Source: Solirubrobacterales bacterium
GTDB lineage: Bacteria; Actinomycetota; Thermoleophilia; Solirubrobacterales; Solirubrobacteraceae
NCBI GenBank assembly: GCA_947474595.1
Contig: CANJIV010000004.1
Span: 148,732-212,731 of the forward strand
Direction: 5' to 3'
Length of the DNA: 64,000 nt
Made by a program: the position numbers and the translations under genes. Numbering within the stretch: position 1 is the first letter of the stretch; each line of letters begins with the position of its first letter. This document shows positions 1 through 9,278 of the stretch, piece by piece. Under the pieces are notes generated by a model. The model was not told the origin of the DNA. It did not search any database and saw nothing but the letters and a program-made list of their open reading frames with translations.

Positions 1-1
1 C

Positions 2-409
2 GTGCTTGAACTGCACTCCTACGTCGCCTCGATCAAGCCGACTGCAGCGGGGGAGAGCGCAGGCTACGGCCGCCGCTTCGTTGCCACCGAGGCAACCAAC
101 ATCGCCACGGTGCCGATCGGCTACGGCGACGGCTTCCGTCGTGCTCTGAGCAACAACTCACAGGTCTTGATTGGGGGCCAACGCTATCGGGTCGTCGGAT
201 CAGTAAGCATGGACTCGATTACGATCGATCTTGGCGCTCAGCCAACTGTCACTACCGGCCAGAGGGTTACTTTGATCGGGCGCGATGGCGACCAGCAGAT
301 TCTTGCTGAGGAGATGGCGCAGTGGCTGGGGTCGATCAACTACGAGGTCACTACCGGACTACTGCCGCGGATTCCTAGAATCGAGCTGCCCTCCGAGGAG
401 CAGCGATGA
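2..409 (+). CDS. alr: alanine racemase, C-terminal fragment (5' end outside window)
   Basis: The ORF is open to the left window edge. Motifs VPIGYGDGFRR and VGSVSMDSITIDLG are typical of the alanine racemase C-terminal domain. Its stop overlaps the next start (ATGA). Confidence 0.85.
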   Translation: MLELHSYVASIKPTAAGESAGYGRRFVATEATNIATVPIGYGDGFRRALSNNSQVLIGGQRYRVVGSVSMDSITIDLGAQPTVTTGQRVTLIGRDGDQQILAEEMAQWLGSINYEVTTGLLPRIPRIELPSEEQR

Positions 410-1815
410 ACGTCGCGCTAGATGCTGTCCAGAGGGCGCTAGGTACAACCGAAGCCTGGATCGTTGGAGGAGTACTGCGCGATGAGCTGCTCGAACGCGA
501 GACCACCGACCTAGACCTAGTTGTTGCAACAGACCCTGGGACTGCTGCGCGGGCCCTAGCTAAAGAGGCGAAGGCGACCGCCTTTGCTCTTTCGCAGACC
601 TTCGGTGCCTGGCGAGTCGTAGCGCGTGATGGGTCGTGGCACGCCGACATCTCTGCGCTTGTCGGCGATGACATCGTGGCCGACCTCGGCCAGAGGGACT
701 TCACGATCAACGCGATGGCTCGCCGCCTTGGCGACGAAACTCTGATCGATCCTTGGGCGGGACGCGCGGACCTCGCTGCCGGCAGGCTGCGCATGGTCTC
801 TCCCGCTGCCTTCGCCGCAGATCCTCTACGCACCTTGCGTCTAGCTCGATTCGCCTGTGAGCTTGACTTCGCTGTAGACCCCGAAACTGTTACTGCGGCC
901 CGCAGCCACGCTGCCAAGATCGTCGACGTGGCCCAAGAACGCGTATTTAGCGAGTTGCGTCGGATCATAATTTCGCCGCGAGTTCTAGATGGACTGGCGA
1001 CGATGGACAACCTCGCCCTGACTGCCCCCGTCCTACCTGAGCTAGCAGCCCTGCGCGGCGTAGAACAAAACGCCTACCACCACCTCGACGTCCACGACCA
1101 CACGCTCGCGGTCTTAGGCGCCCTAATAGAGATCGAGAATGACCCCGAACCACTCTTTGGCCAACTAGCCCCGGCGTTGTCAGCGGTGCTATCCCAGCCG
1201 CTCGCCGATGACCTCAGCCGCGCACAGGCGCTGCGCTTTGGAGCCTTGCTGCACGACGCAGCCAAACCCGAGACGCGCTCCGTCACTGACGAGGGGAGGA
1301 TCACCTTCTACCACCACGACCGCATTGGCGCCGATCTAGCTCGCTCCACGCTCACCCGGCTTAAGGCCAGCGAACGGCTACGTGCCTACGTTGCAGCGCT
1401 CACTCTCTACCACCTTCACCTTGGCTTCCTCGTTCATGAGCGGCCACTCACGTTGCGCGCGATCTACGGCTATCTCGATACGTGCGAGCCGGTTGAGGTT
1501 GACGTCACCGTCCTCTCGGTAGCCGACCGCTTGGCAACACGCGGGCGAAAGGCCGACGAGGCGATCGCCAAGCATCTAGAGCTTGCGAGAGAGATGATGG
1601 CCCCGGCCCTGCGGTGGAAGAGCGACGGTCGACCACCTGCGCTGCTGCGTGGCGATGAGTTGGCCGAAGCCTGCGATCTACCGCCCGGACCGATCGTCGG
1701 CGAGATCCTCGCTGAACTAGCCAAGGCCCGCTACGCCGGCGAGATCTCTACTCGTGACGATGCTCTGAGACTCGCCGCGGACCTCGCTGCTCAATCTAAG
1801 CCAACAACGTCGTAA
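406..1815 (+). CDS. cca: CCA-adding enzyme / polyA polymerase family nucleotidyltransferase with HD-type C-terminal region
   Basis: 469 aa. N-terminal GGVLRDELL...DLDLVV nucleotidyltransferase signature, followed by YHHLDVHDHT and LHDAAKP HD-like motifs. Confidence 0.75.
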   Translation: MNVALDAVQRALGTTEAWIVGGVLRDELLERETTDLDLVVATDPGTAARALAKEAKATAFALSQTFGAWRVVARDGSWHADISALVGDDIVADLGQRDFTINAMARRLGDETLIDPWAGRADLAAGRLRMVSPAAFAADPLRTLRLARFACELDFAVDPETVTAARSHAAKIVDVAQERVFSELRRIIISPRVLDGLATMDNLALTAPVLPELAALRGVEQNAYHHLDVHDHTLAVLGALIEIENDPEPLFGQLAPALSAVLSQPLADDLSRAQALRFGALLHDAAKPETRSVTDEGRITFYHHDRIGADLARSTLTRLKASERLRAYVAALTLYHLHLGFLVHERPLTLRAIYGYLDTCEPVEVDVTVLSVADRLATRGRKADEAIAKHLELAREMMAPALRWKSDGRPPALLRGDELAEACDLPPGPIVGEILAELAKARYAGEISTRDDALRLAADLAAQSKPTTS

Positions 1816-1884
1816 TGACCGCAGCCTAGGGGCTGCTGCGCCGCAATCACCGCAGCACAGCAGCCTAAGCCAAGATGTCCAGGC

Positions 1885-3510
1885 CTACTTCGCGGTCAGC
1901 GTCAGAACGCAGGGCAGCTTGGTCACAGCGTCGGTTATTGGCTTCCCGTCAGGGCCCTTGGCCCGCACGGTCAGCTTCTTGCTTGTGACTTCAACTTGCC
2001 CGTATGAGAACGTCGTTGTATTGGCACAAGCCATCCCAGGCCCGCCCGGCGGAGCCGCCTTCATGAAGACGCTAGTTATCAGTGCTCCTGCTCCGGGGTT
2101 AGCCGTGGCTAGGTTAATCTCCAAGCCGAAGTTAGCCGTGGCCACTGGCCCAGTCACAAACTCACTAAAGCTTGAGTCACGCGGCGTAGGCAGCGTCTCA
2201 TAGCGAACGTTGTTGACAAAGGTGGCGTGCGTATCGGTGGTCAAGAAGACGACGTTCTTTACGTTCTTGTCGATGAACGCGATCAGCTTCTGGCGCTCGG
2301 CGGCATACCCCTCCCAGCGGTCATATGGCAACGAGTAGAACTGTTGGATCGGCTTCTCGTTCATTACGACCTTCCACTTCGCCTTCGAGGCTTTGACCGC
2401 CTTAGTAAAGGCCGCGTACTGACGTTTACCAAGCATCGTGCGTGTAGCACTATTGATCCTGTCTAGACAGGCCTGAGAGACCGCTGCGGCTAGCGACGGA
2501 ATAATTAGACTAAAGAGCCCCCGCGTCGCGGCTGGCCCGGTCGGAGCGAGATCGGGAGCATTGCTGATCGGGTTGTTGCAGGTGCCGCCGTCGGATGCCT
2601 TCGCGCTGCGGAAGGTGATCTCGTCAAGCATGAACACCTCAACGTTCTTGCCCCAGCGGAAGCTGCGATAGAGGCCGTTACTAGCGCTCCAAGTCGCGGG
2701 CTGGTAGCTGAGGAAAGCAGCGACTGAATCCTTGTAGAGCTTGGCCGAAGTCTTACCCTCGCCGGTGAAATCGTTGATGAATTCGTGGTCGTCAAAGTGG
2801 TTGTAGACGGCGCTAGAGGAGCGCAGCTTCAGCAGCGGCGGGCGCACGATGTTCATCTTGTACTTCTCCCACTTAGCTGCGGTCGAAAGCGCGATCGGTG
2901 CACAGGGCACGCCCGCGCACAAGACCTCTGTGTCGGAGTAGATCGTGTCGCCAAAGTTAAAGTTGAAGTCGTTGCCCTCGGCAGCCATCTTTCCGTAGAT
3001 CTCGAACTTATTCCAATACGGCTTACCTGATCCGTCAGTCTTAGGCTTGCTCGTAGACTGCGGCTGTGCGTCTGTATCGCCCGAGTAGGCGAAGGAGACG
3101 GGCACGTCGGCGGTATCGGCGGGAGCGGTCTCAAAAGTTCCCGTCGCGCTCACGACCACCGTATGGCTCGTACCCTTAGCGAAGCGGTAGTAGTAGCGCG
3201 TGGCGGGCTTCAAACCGGTCACCTTGATCGTCAGCGTGTAGTCACTAGCAGCGCTCGGCGACCCGTTGTACTCGGTGGCACCAGTGAAGTTTGACTTGAG
3301 CGCGACCTGCAATGTCACTCGTCCGGCGCTACCTGGACGCGACCACAACAGAGCCGAGCTCGAGGAGACCTCTGCGGCCGTAACTCCGTACTGAAAGGGT
3401 TTTGTTGTTGAGGCGCCCGCCGCAGAGGATCCCGCAATCAGAAGTGCGCCTGTGGTCAGGGCGATGGCGAGCATTGCGCTGCGCTTGGGAGAGCTTGTGA
3501 TGTTTGACAT
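1885..3510 (-). CDS. phoD: secreted PhoD-like alkaline phosphatase/phosphodiesterase
   Basis: 541 aa. N-terminal signal peptide (LLIAGSSAAGAST). Metallophosphatase motifs YSGDTD, GDTIYSD, DDHEF and TTDTHA. Confidence 0.75.
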   Translation of the reverse strand: MSNITSSPKRSAMLAIALTTGALLIAGSSAAGASTTKPFQYGVTAAEVSSSSALLWSRPGSAGRVTLQVALKSNFTGATEYNGSPSAASDYTLTIKVTGLKPATRYYYRFAKGTSHTVVVSATGTFETAPADTADVPVSFAYSGDTDAQPQSTSKPKTDGSGKPYWNKFEIYGKMAAEGNDFNFNFGDTIYSDTEVLCAGVPCAPIALSTAAKWEKYKMNIVRPPLLKLRSSSAVYNHFDDHEFINDFTGEGKTSAKLYKDSVAAFLSYQPATWSASNGLYRSFRWGKNVEVFMLDEITFRSAKASDGGTCNNPISNAPDLAPTGPAATRGLFSLIIPSLAAAVSQACLDRINSATRTMLGKRQYAAFTKAVKASKAKWKVVMNEKPIQQFYSLPYDRWEGYAAERQKLIAFIDKNVKNVVFLTTDTHATFVNNVRYETLPTPRDSSFSEFVTGPVATANFGLEINLATANPGAGALITSVFMKAAPPGGPGMACANTTTFSYGQVEVTSKKLTVRAKGPDGKPITDAVTKLPCVLTLTAK

Positions 3511-3554
3511 AGGCGAAACATAGCGCGCTGAGGCCGGACGTGTGGCAGATAAAC

Positions 3555-4514
3555 CTAAAGATTTATGGTTTGGGCCGATACCAGCCCTTCACGCCAAGCA
3601 GTTAGCGCTGCCTTGGCGATCGCTAGATCCTGGATCGCAAGCCCGGTTGAATCAAAGAGAGTGACCGCCTCGGGAGTTGGGCGGCCCGTAGCCACGCCAG
3701 CGAGAACCGCCCCGAGATCAGTGACCTGTTCGCGGCCCACTAACCCGGCCTCGACAGCCCCTGTCAGCTCTCCCCCGTGGACCGCCTGGGTCCACTCATC
3801 GCAAAACAGCACGCACGCCGCAACAGCCTCAGCTGTCGCTTCAGCCTTGCCTGGACCATCGGCTCCGAGCATGTTTAGATGAGCACCTTGGTGCAGGTCG
3901 CCTACGCCGATCACAGGTTCGTGGCCGGGAGTCACCGCGCAGATAATCTCTTGCGCTAAGGCCTCGTCGCGCGTACCGGGCCTAAAACCCATCTCTCTAG
4001 CTAGAGCGGCGGCGGCCTCGGGGCGAGGATCGTGGCAGACGCCTGGCTTATAACCGGCGGCAATCAGGCACCTTGCCGCCCACGCTCCGTGTAATCCGCA
4101 GCCGACGATGCCCACCGTTTGGGCGTCGCTACGGGCCAGGGCCTGTGTAGCCACCGCAGCTACGGCTCCGGTCCGCAGCGCAGTCACCGAACGTGCGTCG
4201 AGCAACATCAGTGGCACTCCAGTGGCTGCGTCTGAAAGGCAGATCACCCCACTTACGGTTGGCAGTTGTACTGCCGGATTCCCGGGAAACGATGTAACCC
4301 ACTTAAGTAAGGCCAGCCCGTCGCCGAGCGCAGGCATCGCACGAAAGTCTCCGTTGGGCGGGCTTAAGAGGTAGACCTTAGGTGGCATCTGCCACTCGCC
4401 GCGGTAGTGGCGAATAAAGGCGTCTCGGACTTGTTCGATCGCCGCGCTGGGATCGACGGCGGCCAGAACAGCATCGTGATCTAAGACTGGGATAGCAGAC
4501 ACTAGGCCGTCCAC
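3555..4514 (-). CDS. ornithine cyclodeaminase / mu-crystallin family protein
   Basis: 319 aa. Family-typical FRAMPA, LDARSVTALRTGA and Rossmann motif GIVGCGLHG. Confidence 0.75.
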   Translation of the reverse strand: MDGLVSAIPVLDHDAVLAAVDPSAAIEQVRDAFIRHYRGEWQMPPKVYLLSPPNGDFRAMPALGDGLALLKWVTSFPGNPAVQLPTVSGVICLSDAATGVPLMLLDARSVTALRTGAVAAVATQALARSDAQTVGIVGCGLHGAWAARCLIAAGYKPGVCHDPRPEAAAALAREMGFRPGTRDEALAQEIICAVTPGHEPVIGVGDLHQGAHLNMLGADGPGKAEATAEAVAACVLFCDEWTQAVHGGELTGAVEAGLVGREQVTDLGAVLAGVATGRPTPEAVTLFDSTGLAIQDLAIAKAALTAWREGLVSAQTINL

Positions 4515-4529
4515 GATACCCTCGCACCG

Positions 4530-4757
4530 ATGAGTCGTCAGCCAAAACTTGAATTTGTCACCCCGACAGCCACTCCCGAGGAGGCTGCGGCGATCGTTGC
4601 GGCGATCGCGCAGTTCCGCATCGACACCGCACCCGCGCCGCTGCCGTCGAGCTCACAGCTGGCGCGCGATCCGTGGCAAAGGGCAGCGCTACTAGAGGGC
4701 ACCGGCCGCGAACCAGACGCTCCTTCCCCGTGGGGCGATCCCCACCCGTGGAGCTAA
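4530..4757 (+). CDS. hypothetical small protein, possibly acyl-CoA carboxylase epsilon-subunit-like
   Basis: A 75-aa ORF in an otherwise unassigned gap. The TPEEAAAIVAAIAQF segment followed by a Pro/Trp-rich tail resembles the AccE/PccE pattern as I recall it. It lies only 15 bp from the divergent start of the neighbouring gene. Confidence 0.25.
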   Translation: MSRQPKLEFVTPTATPEEAAAIVAAIAQFRIDTAPAPLPSSSQLARDPWQRAALLEGTGREPDAPSPWGDPHPWS

Positions 4758-4858
4758 GGCCGACTCCCCACAAAGCCCAACCAAGGCTTTAATACCTAAA
4801 CTTGGTCGGGATTTGGTAGTTTACTTAAGCGCGTCGCTTTTCCGGGTGCGCTTTACCT

Positions 4859-5530
4859 ATGACTACCACCATCCCAGACCTCGAGAGCGGCTCTGCCAAG
4901 GACGTCCTGGCCTTCGCTGTCGAACACCACCACCCATCCTTGGCACTGGCCTGCTCATTCCAGAAGGAAGAGGCTGTGATGCTCGACTTACTGATGGCGA
5001 TCGAGCCATCGGCGCGCGTATTTGCGTTGGATACAAGCGTCCTCTTTCCCCAGACCTACGCAACCTGGGAGCTGGTGGAGAAGCGTTATGGGATCAAGGT
5101 CGAGGTCTTTGAGGGACCGTCGCTGGCCGAGCAGGCCACTACCCACGGCGACGAGCTTTGGGCACGTGATCCCCAGGCCTGCTGCGCGATCCGCAAGGTA
5201 GAGCCGTTGGGTCGCGCCCTGAGTGGTCTCGACGCTTGGATCACCGGCCTGCGCCGCGAACAGTCGCCCACACGAGCCAACGCGCGCAAGGTCGAGTGGG
5301 ACCAAGCCCACGACCTCTGGAAGTTCAACCCCCTTGCCGACTGGACTGAGGAGCAGGTCTGGGAGTACATCGCGGCTAACGATCTCCCCTACAACCCACT
5401 TCACGACGAGGGCTACTCCTCTATCGGCTGCACTCACTGCACACAGCCCGGCTCTGGCCGCGAAGGTCGCTGGGCTGGCAACGATAAGACCGAGTGCGGC
5501 CTACACATCGACGCTCCACAAACTCAATAA
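4859..5530 (+). CDS. cysH: adenosine 5'-phosphosulfate (APS) reductase, Fe-S type
   Basis: 223 aa. CC pair (PQACCAIRK), CxxC (SIGCTHCT) and the catalytic ECGLH motif. Confidence 0.9.
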   Translation: MTTTIPDLESGSAKDVLAFAVEHHHPSLALACSFQKEEAVMLDLLMAIEPSARVFALDTSVLFPQTYATWELVEKRYGIKVEVFEGPSLAEQATTHGDELWARDPQACCAIRKVEPLGRALSGLDAWITGLRREQSPTRANARKVEWDQAHDLWKFNPLADWTEEQVWEYIAANDLPYNPLHDEGYSSIGCTHCTQPGSGREGRWAGNDKTECGLHIDAPQTQ

Positions 5531-5579
5531 CTACTGCCACCGAACCCAGACCACGCCAAAAGGACCAACAGAAACCCTC

Positions 5580-7436
5580 ATGGAACCATCCACCACCCAG
5601 CCCGTGCCCAAGCCCAACGGCCGCGGATCGCTCGCTAACCCAGAGGTAATTGAGAACGTCCCCGGACGCGTGATCCCGATCCTCGAGCACGAGTTCGACG
5701 ACTTCACCTCCGAAGCTGCGACCTTTTTAGACGGCGGTACCCCAGAGGTGGAGTTCATCGGCTTTCGTCTTAAGCAGGGCGTCTATGGACAACGTCAGGC
5801 CGACGTGCAGATGTGCAGGATCAAGCTTCCATTCGGCGGAGTCACGCCAGAGCAGATGGAGGCGCTCGCCGACGCCGTAGCGACATACGCACCGCTGGGC
5901 AAAGGCCATATCACCACGCGCCAGAACGTCCAGATTCACCATGTCCCGCTAATGCAGATGGCCGAGCTGCTGCGCGATATTGCGCCCAGTGGCCTCTCGA
6001 CGCGCGAAGGCTGCGGCAATACCGTGCGCAACGTGACCGGCGACCCATGGGCCGGAGTGTGCGAGGGAGAGCTCTTTGACCCGACCCCTTACGTCGGAGC
6101 TTTTGTGCGCTATTTCGTGCGCAACGATGTCTGTCAGCTGATGCCGCGAAAGATCAAGACGGCGTTCACTGCTACCGATGAAGACGTAGCTATCACTGGC
6201 ATCCATGACCTTGGCTTCATCCCCCGCGTGCGCGAGATTGACGGTCAGCAGGTGCGTGGCTTTGAGTTTCGCGTCGGTGGCGGCACTTCGATCATGCCCC
6301 GTATTGCGCCAACGATCTTTGACTTCCTAGGCGCAGACGACGGTGAGTACCTACGGGTCACCGAAGCCGCGTTGAGAATCTTCGATCGCCAGGACTGGCT
6401 GCGCAAGAATCGCGCGCGGGCTCGGATCAAGGTGCTGGTAGATAAGGTCGGTCCAGAGGCTTTCCGCGAGATGGTTATCGAGGAACTCAAGGGCGATTGG
6501 GTTACCCAGCGCGACTACACGCTCGACCCGCTGCTCTTCGTCTACGACGAGGCCGAACATCTCAGCGATCCTGAGTCTTCGGCTACGGCTTCATCAGCCC
6601 CATCCAGCCCTGACGGCGACGACGCAGATTTCAAACGTTGGGTTAAAGCAAACGTCGCCCCACAACGTCAGGCCGGATTCTCTACTGCGACGGTTCGGAT
6701 CGTTCGTGGTGACCTAACGCCAGATCAGTTCCGTGGCCTGGCAGTGATCATGCGCGACTTCTCCAGTGGCTACGCGCGCACCACGGTGCAGCAGAACCTC
6801 GTGCTGCGTTGGGTCCGCGACGAGACTCTCTACGACGTCTGGCAGCGGCTATCGGAGATCGGCCTAGGCGAAGCTGGGGCAAATCAGATCGTCGACGTTG
6901 TTAGCTGCCCAGGCACTGACAGTTGCAAGCTCGGGATCACCAGCTCGATGGGCCTAAACGCCGCCGTAGCTGAGCGGGTTACGTCGATGGCAATCGAGGA
7001 CGAGCTAACCAAGCTTGTGCACATCAAGATGAGCGGCTGCCCCAATGGTTGCAGCCAACACCACATTGCCAATATCGGCTTCTACGGTGCCTCGATCAAA
7101 GTCGGTACAAAGACGATCCCGGCATACGTAGCCCACCTAGCCGGCACCTATGAGGGCGGCGAGGTGGCGTACGGAACGCGACTGAAGGTGCGTCTACCTG
7201 CCAAACGGGTGCCCGACGCCGTCGAGCGTTGGCTGCGCTTCTATGAGTCCGATCGCGTCGAAGCAGAGCTATTTAACGACTTCGTCGAGCGTGTTGGCAC
7301 GACTGCCTTTGAGGATCTCGTCCGCGACCTCGCACTGCCGGTCGAGTTCGGCCTAGAAACAATGAATATGTTCATCGACTGGAACCGGAAGGTGCCATTT
7401 GAGGTAATCCGCGGCGAGGGCGAGTGCGCGGTCTAA
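5580..7436 (+). CDS. sirA: ferredoxin-dependent sulfite reductase (nitrite/sulfite reductase family)
   Basis: Start trimmed to the in-frame ATG at 5580 (MEPSTT), because the ORF-track start at 5223 overlaps cysH. Siroheme/4Fe-4S Cys motifs SCPGTDSCKLG and SGCPNGCSQHH. Confidence 0.85.
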   Translation: MEPSTTQPVPKPNGRGSLANPEVIENVPGRVIPILEHEFDDFTSEAATFLDGGTPEVEFIGFRLKQGVYGQRQADVQMCRIKLPFGGVTPEQMEALADAVATYAPLGKGHITTRQNVQIHHVPLMQMAELLRDIAPSGLSTREGCGNTVRNVTGDPWAGVCEGELFDPTPYVGAFVRYFVRNDVCQLMPRKIKTAFTATDEDVAITGIHDLGFIPRVREIDGQQVRGFEFRVGGGTSIMPRIAPTIFDFLGADDGEYLRVTEAALRIFDRQDWLRKNRARARIKVLVDKVGPEAFREMVIEELKGDWVTQRDYTLDPLLFVYDEAEHLSDPESSATASSAPSSPDGDDADFKRWVKANVAPQRQAGFSTATVRIVRGDLTPDQFRGLAVIMRDFSSGYARTTVQQNLVLRWVRDETLYDVWQRLSEIGLGEAGANQIVDVVSCPGTDSCKLGITSSMGLNAAVAERVTSMAIEDELTKLVHIKMSGCPNGCSQHHIANIGFYGASIKVGTKTIPAYVAHLAGTYEGGEVAYGTRLKVRLPAKRVPDAVERWLRFYESDRVEAELFNDFVERVGTTAFEDLVRDLALPVEFGLETMNMFIDWNRKVPFEVIRGEGECAV

Positions 7437-7458
7437 GGGCCGCAGCTGCGTTGACCTA

Positions 7459-8376
7459 GTGGATCCCCTACTCATACTCTTCGGCTTCGGCGTCGGCGTT
7501 CTGGTTGGAACGACCGGGATGGGCGGCGGCTCGCTGATGACGCCGCTGCTGATTCTCGTCTTCGGGATCAAGCCGGTCGTCGCGATTGGAACCGACCTCG
7601 CCTACGGCGCCGTGACTAAGACCGTCGGGGGCTGGCGTCACGTACGCAAGGGAACCGTGGACTTTGGGATCGCTGGCTGGCTGGCGGTCGGGTCGATCCC
7701 CGGTGCGATCTGCGGCGTAATTGTCTTAGATCAACTGCGCACTGCTTATGGAGAAAAGTTCGACACGATCGTCTTAGTGGCGATCGCTGCGGCGCTGCTG
7801 TTCACCGGTACGGCCGTGCTGATTCGTGCGCTCTTTCTGCCCAAGCTCGTCCAACGCGAGCGTGACACTGTCAAGCTTGACGTTCGCCACAAGGTCGCCG
7901 CTGTGGTGATTGGTGTGAGCGTTGGATTCGTCTTGGGCGTAACTTCGGCTGGCAGCGGTGCGCTGATCGCGATCGGCCTGATCCTTGCCTTTAAACTGAC
8001 GCCCCACCGAGTAGTGGGTACAGACGTCTTTCATGCGGCGATCTTGTTGTGGGTGGCTGGCGCGGCCCACTTCATCTCGGGCAACGTCGACCTTGCCCTA
8101 GCCGCCAACATTTTGATTGGTTCGGTACCGGGCGTCTGGATCGGAGCGAATATCTCCACGAAACTATCGAGCGATGGGCTACGTCCAGTCTTGGGAATTG
8201 TCTTGCTAGCTGGCGGACTGGGACTACTTTCTAAGGCTGGGGCGAACATTCCAGCCTTCGCACTGATCGGCGTCCCACTCTCGCTAGCCGTCATTGCCTA
8301 CGTCCTACACCAGATCCGCGTCCGCACAGGCACTCTCCCCGGCGCTCCGCGACTGCCGGCCTCTGAGCAAGGATGA
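7459..8376 (+). CDS. TauE/SafE family anion (sulfite/sulfate) transporter
   Basis: 305 aa with a GTG start. Gly-rich polytopic membrane protein embedded in the cys operon. Its stop overlaps the cysD start. Confidence 0.7.
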   Translation: MDPLLILFGFGVGVLVGTTGMGGGSLMTPLLILVFGIKPVVAIGTDLAYGAVTKTVGGWRHVRKGTVDFGIAGWLAVGSIPGAICGVIVLDQLRTAYGEKFDTIVLVAIAAALLFTGTAVLIRALFLPKLVQRERDTVKLDVRHKVAAVVIGVSVGFVLGVTSAGSGALIAIGLILAFKLTPHRVVGTDVFHAAILLWVAGAAHFISGNVDLALAANILIGSVPGVWIGANISTKLSSDGLRPVLGIVLLAGGLGLLSKAGANIPAFALIGVPLSLAVIAYVLHQIRVRTGTLPGAPRLPASEQG

Positions 8377-9278
8377 GCGCCCCTCGCTCACACCTCGACT
8401 CACTCGAGGCCGAGGCCGTTCACATCATGCGTGAGGTCGCAGCCGAACTAGAGCGACCGGTCCTGCTCTTCTCCGGCGGCAAAGATTCAATAGTGCTACT
8501 GCGTCTAGCTGAGAAGGCCTTTCGACCGGCCGGCTTTCCCTTCCCGGTGATGCACATCGATACCGGTCATAACTTTCCTGAAGTGATCGAGTTCCGTGAC
8601 CGCCGTGTTGCCGAGATAGGTGAGCGACTGATTGTCGCTTCGGTGCAGCAGTCAATCGACAGCGGCCGCGTCGTCGAGGAGACCGGCCCGCGCGCCTCGC
8701 GTAACCGCCTGCAGACCACAACCCTGCTCGACGCGATCGCCGAGCACCGCTTCGACGCAGCGTTCGGGGGTGCGCGTCGTGATGAGGAACGTGCACGCGC
8801 CAAGGAGCGGATCTTCTCCTTCCGCGATGACTTCGGCCAGTGGGATCCTCGCGCCCAACGTCCAGAGCTCTGGAGCCTCTATAACGGTCGCGTGCGTCGT
8901 GGCGAACACGTACGGGTCTTCCCGATCTCTAACTGGACAGAGCTCGACGTCTGGGAGTACATCGAGCGCGAAGAGCTCGAGATACCATCGATTTACTACG
9001 CCCACGAACGCGAAGTCTTCGCGCGCGATGGGATGCTCTACGCGGCGTCGGAGTTCGTCTCTTTGGCCGACGATGAGCAGCCGTTTACGACGTCGGTGCG
9101 CTACCGAACGGTGGGCGATATGAGCTGCACCGGAGCCGTGCGTAGTGGCGCAAGGACATTGACTTCTGTTGTGACCGAGATTGCCGCCACCACGATCACC
9201 GAACGTGGCGAGACCCGCGCCGACGATCGCGTCTCAGAGGCCGCGATGGAAGATCGCAAGCGAGAGGGTTACTTCTAA
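8373..9278 (+). CDS. cysD: sulfate adenylyltransferase subunit 2
   Basis: 301 aa. ATP-pyrophosphatase SGGKDS motif with CysD-typical sequence throughout. Confidence 0.92.
   Translation: MSAPRSHLDSLEAEAVHIMREVAAELERPVLLFSGGKDSIVLLRLAEKAFRPAGFPFPVMHIDTGHNFPEVIEFRDRRVAEIGERLIVASVQQSIDSGRVVEETGPRASRNRLQTTTLLDAIAEHRFDAAFGGARRDEERARAKERIFSFRDDFGQWDPRAQRPELWSLYNGRVRRGEHVRVFPISNWTELDVWEYIEREELEIPSIYYAHEREVFARDGMLYAASEFVSLADDEQPFTTSVRYRTVGDMSCTGAVRSGARTLTSVVTEIAATTITERGETRADDRVSEAAMEDRKREGYF

Noticed and set aside
1821-1836. Short hairpins between convergent or adjacent genes: GCAGCC-TAGG-GGCTGC at 1821-1836, GGTGGC...GCCACC at 53888-53910, CTCGCT-GTC-AGCGAG at 56053-56067, and 39174-39201 after the SBP gene.
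   Set aside because: The stems are real but only 6-9 bp long, and none is followed by a U-tract. I cannot support calling them intrinsic terminators, so they are left unannotated.
3541-3575. AT-rich inverted-repeat-like segment ATAAACCTAAAGATTTATGGTTT, considered as an IdeR/DtxR or Pho box.
   Set aside because: It is the 3' coding end and stop of the cyclodeaminase gene. It matches neither the IdeR iron-box palindrome nor GTTCACC-type PHO repeats.
5223-5579. ORF-track N-terminal extensions of sirA (5223), the 2-hydroxyacid DH (to 33479), the LLM gene (to 46275), gntR (from 46286), rfbB (to 59740) and others.
   Set aside because: The extensions overlap the preceding gene, are low-complexity, and are followed by an internal start with an RBS and a family-typical N-terminus. 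The starts were trimmed accordingly.
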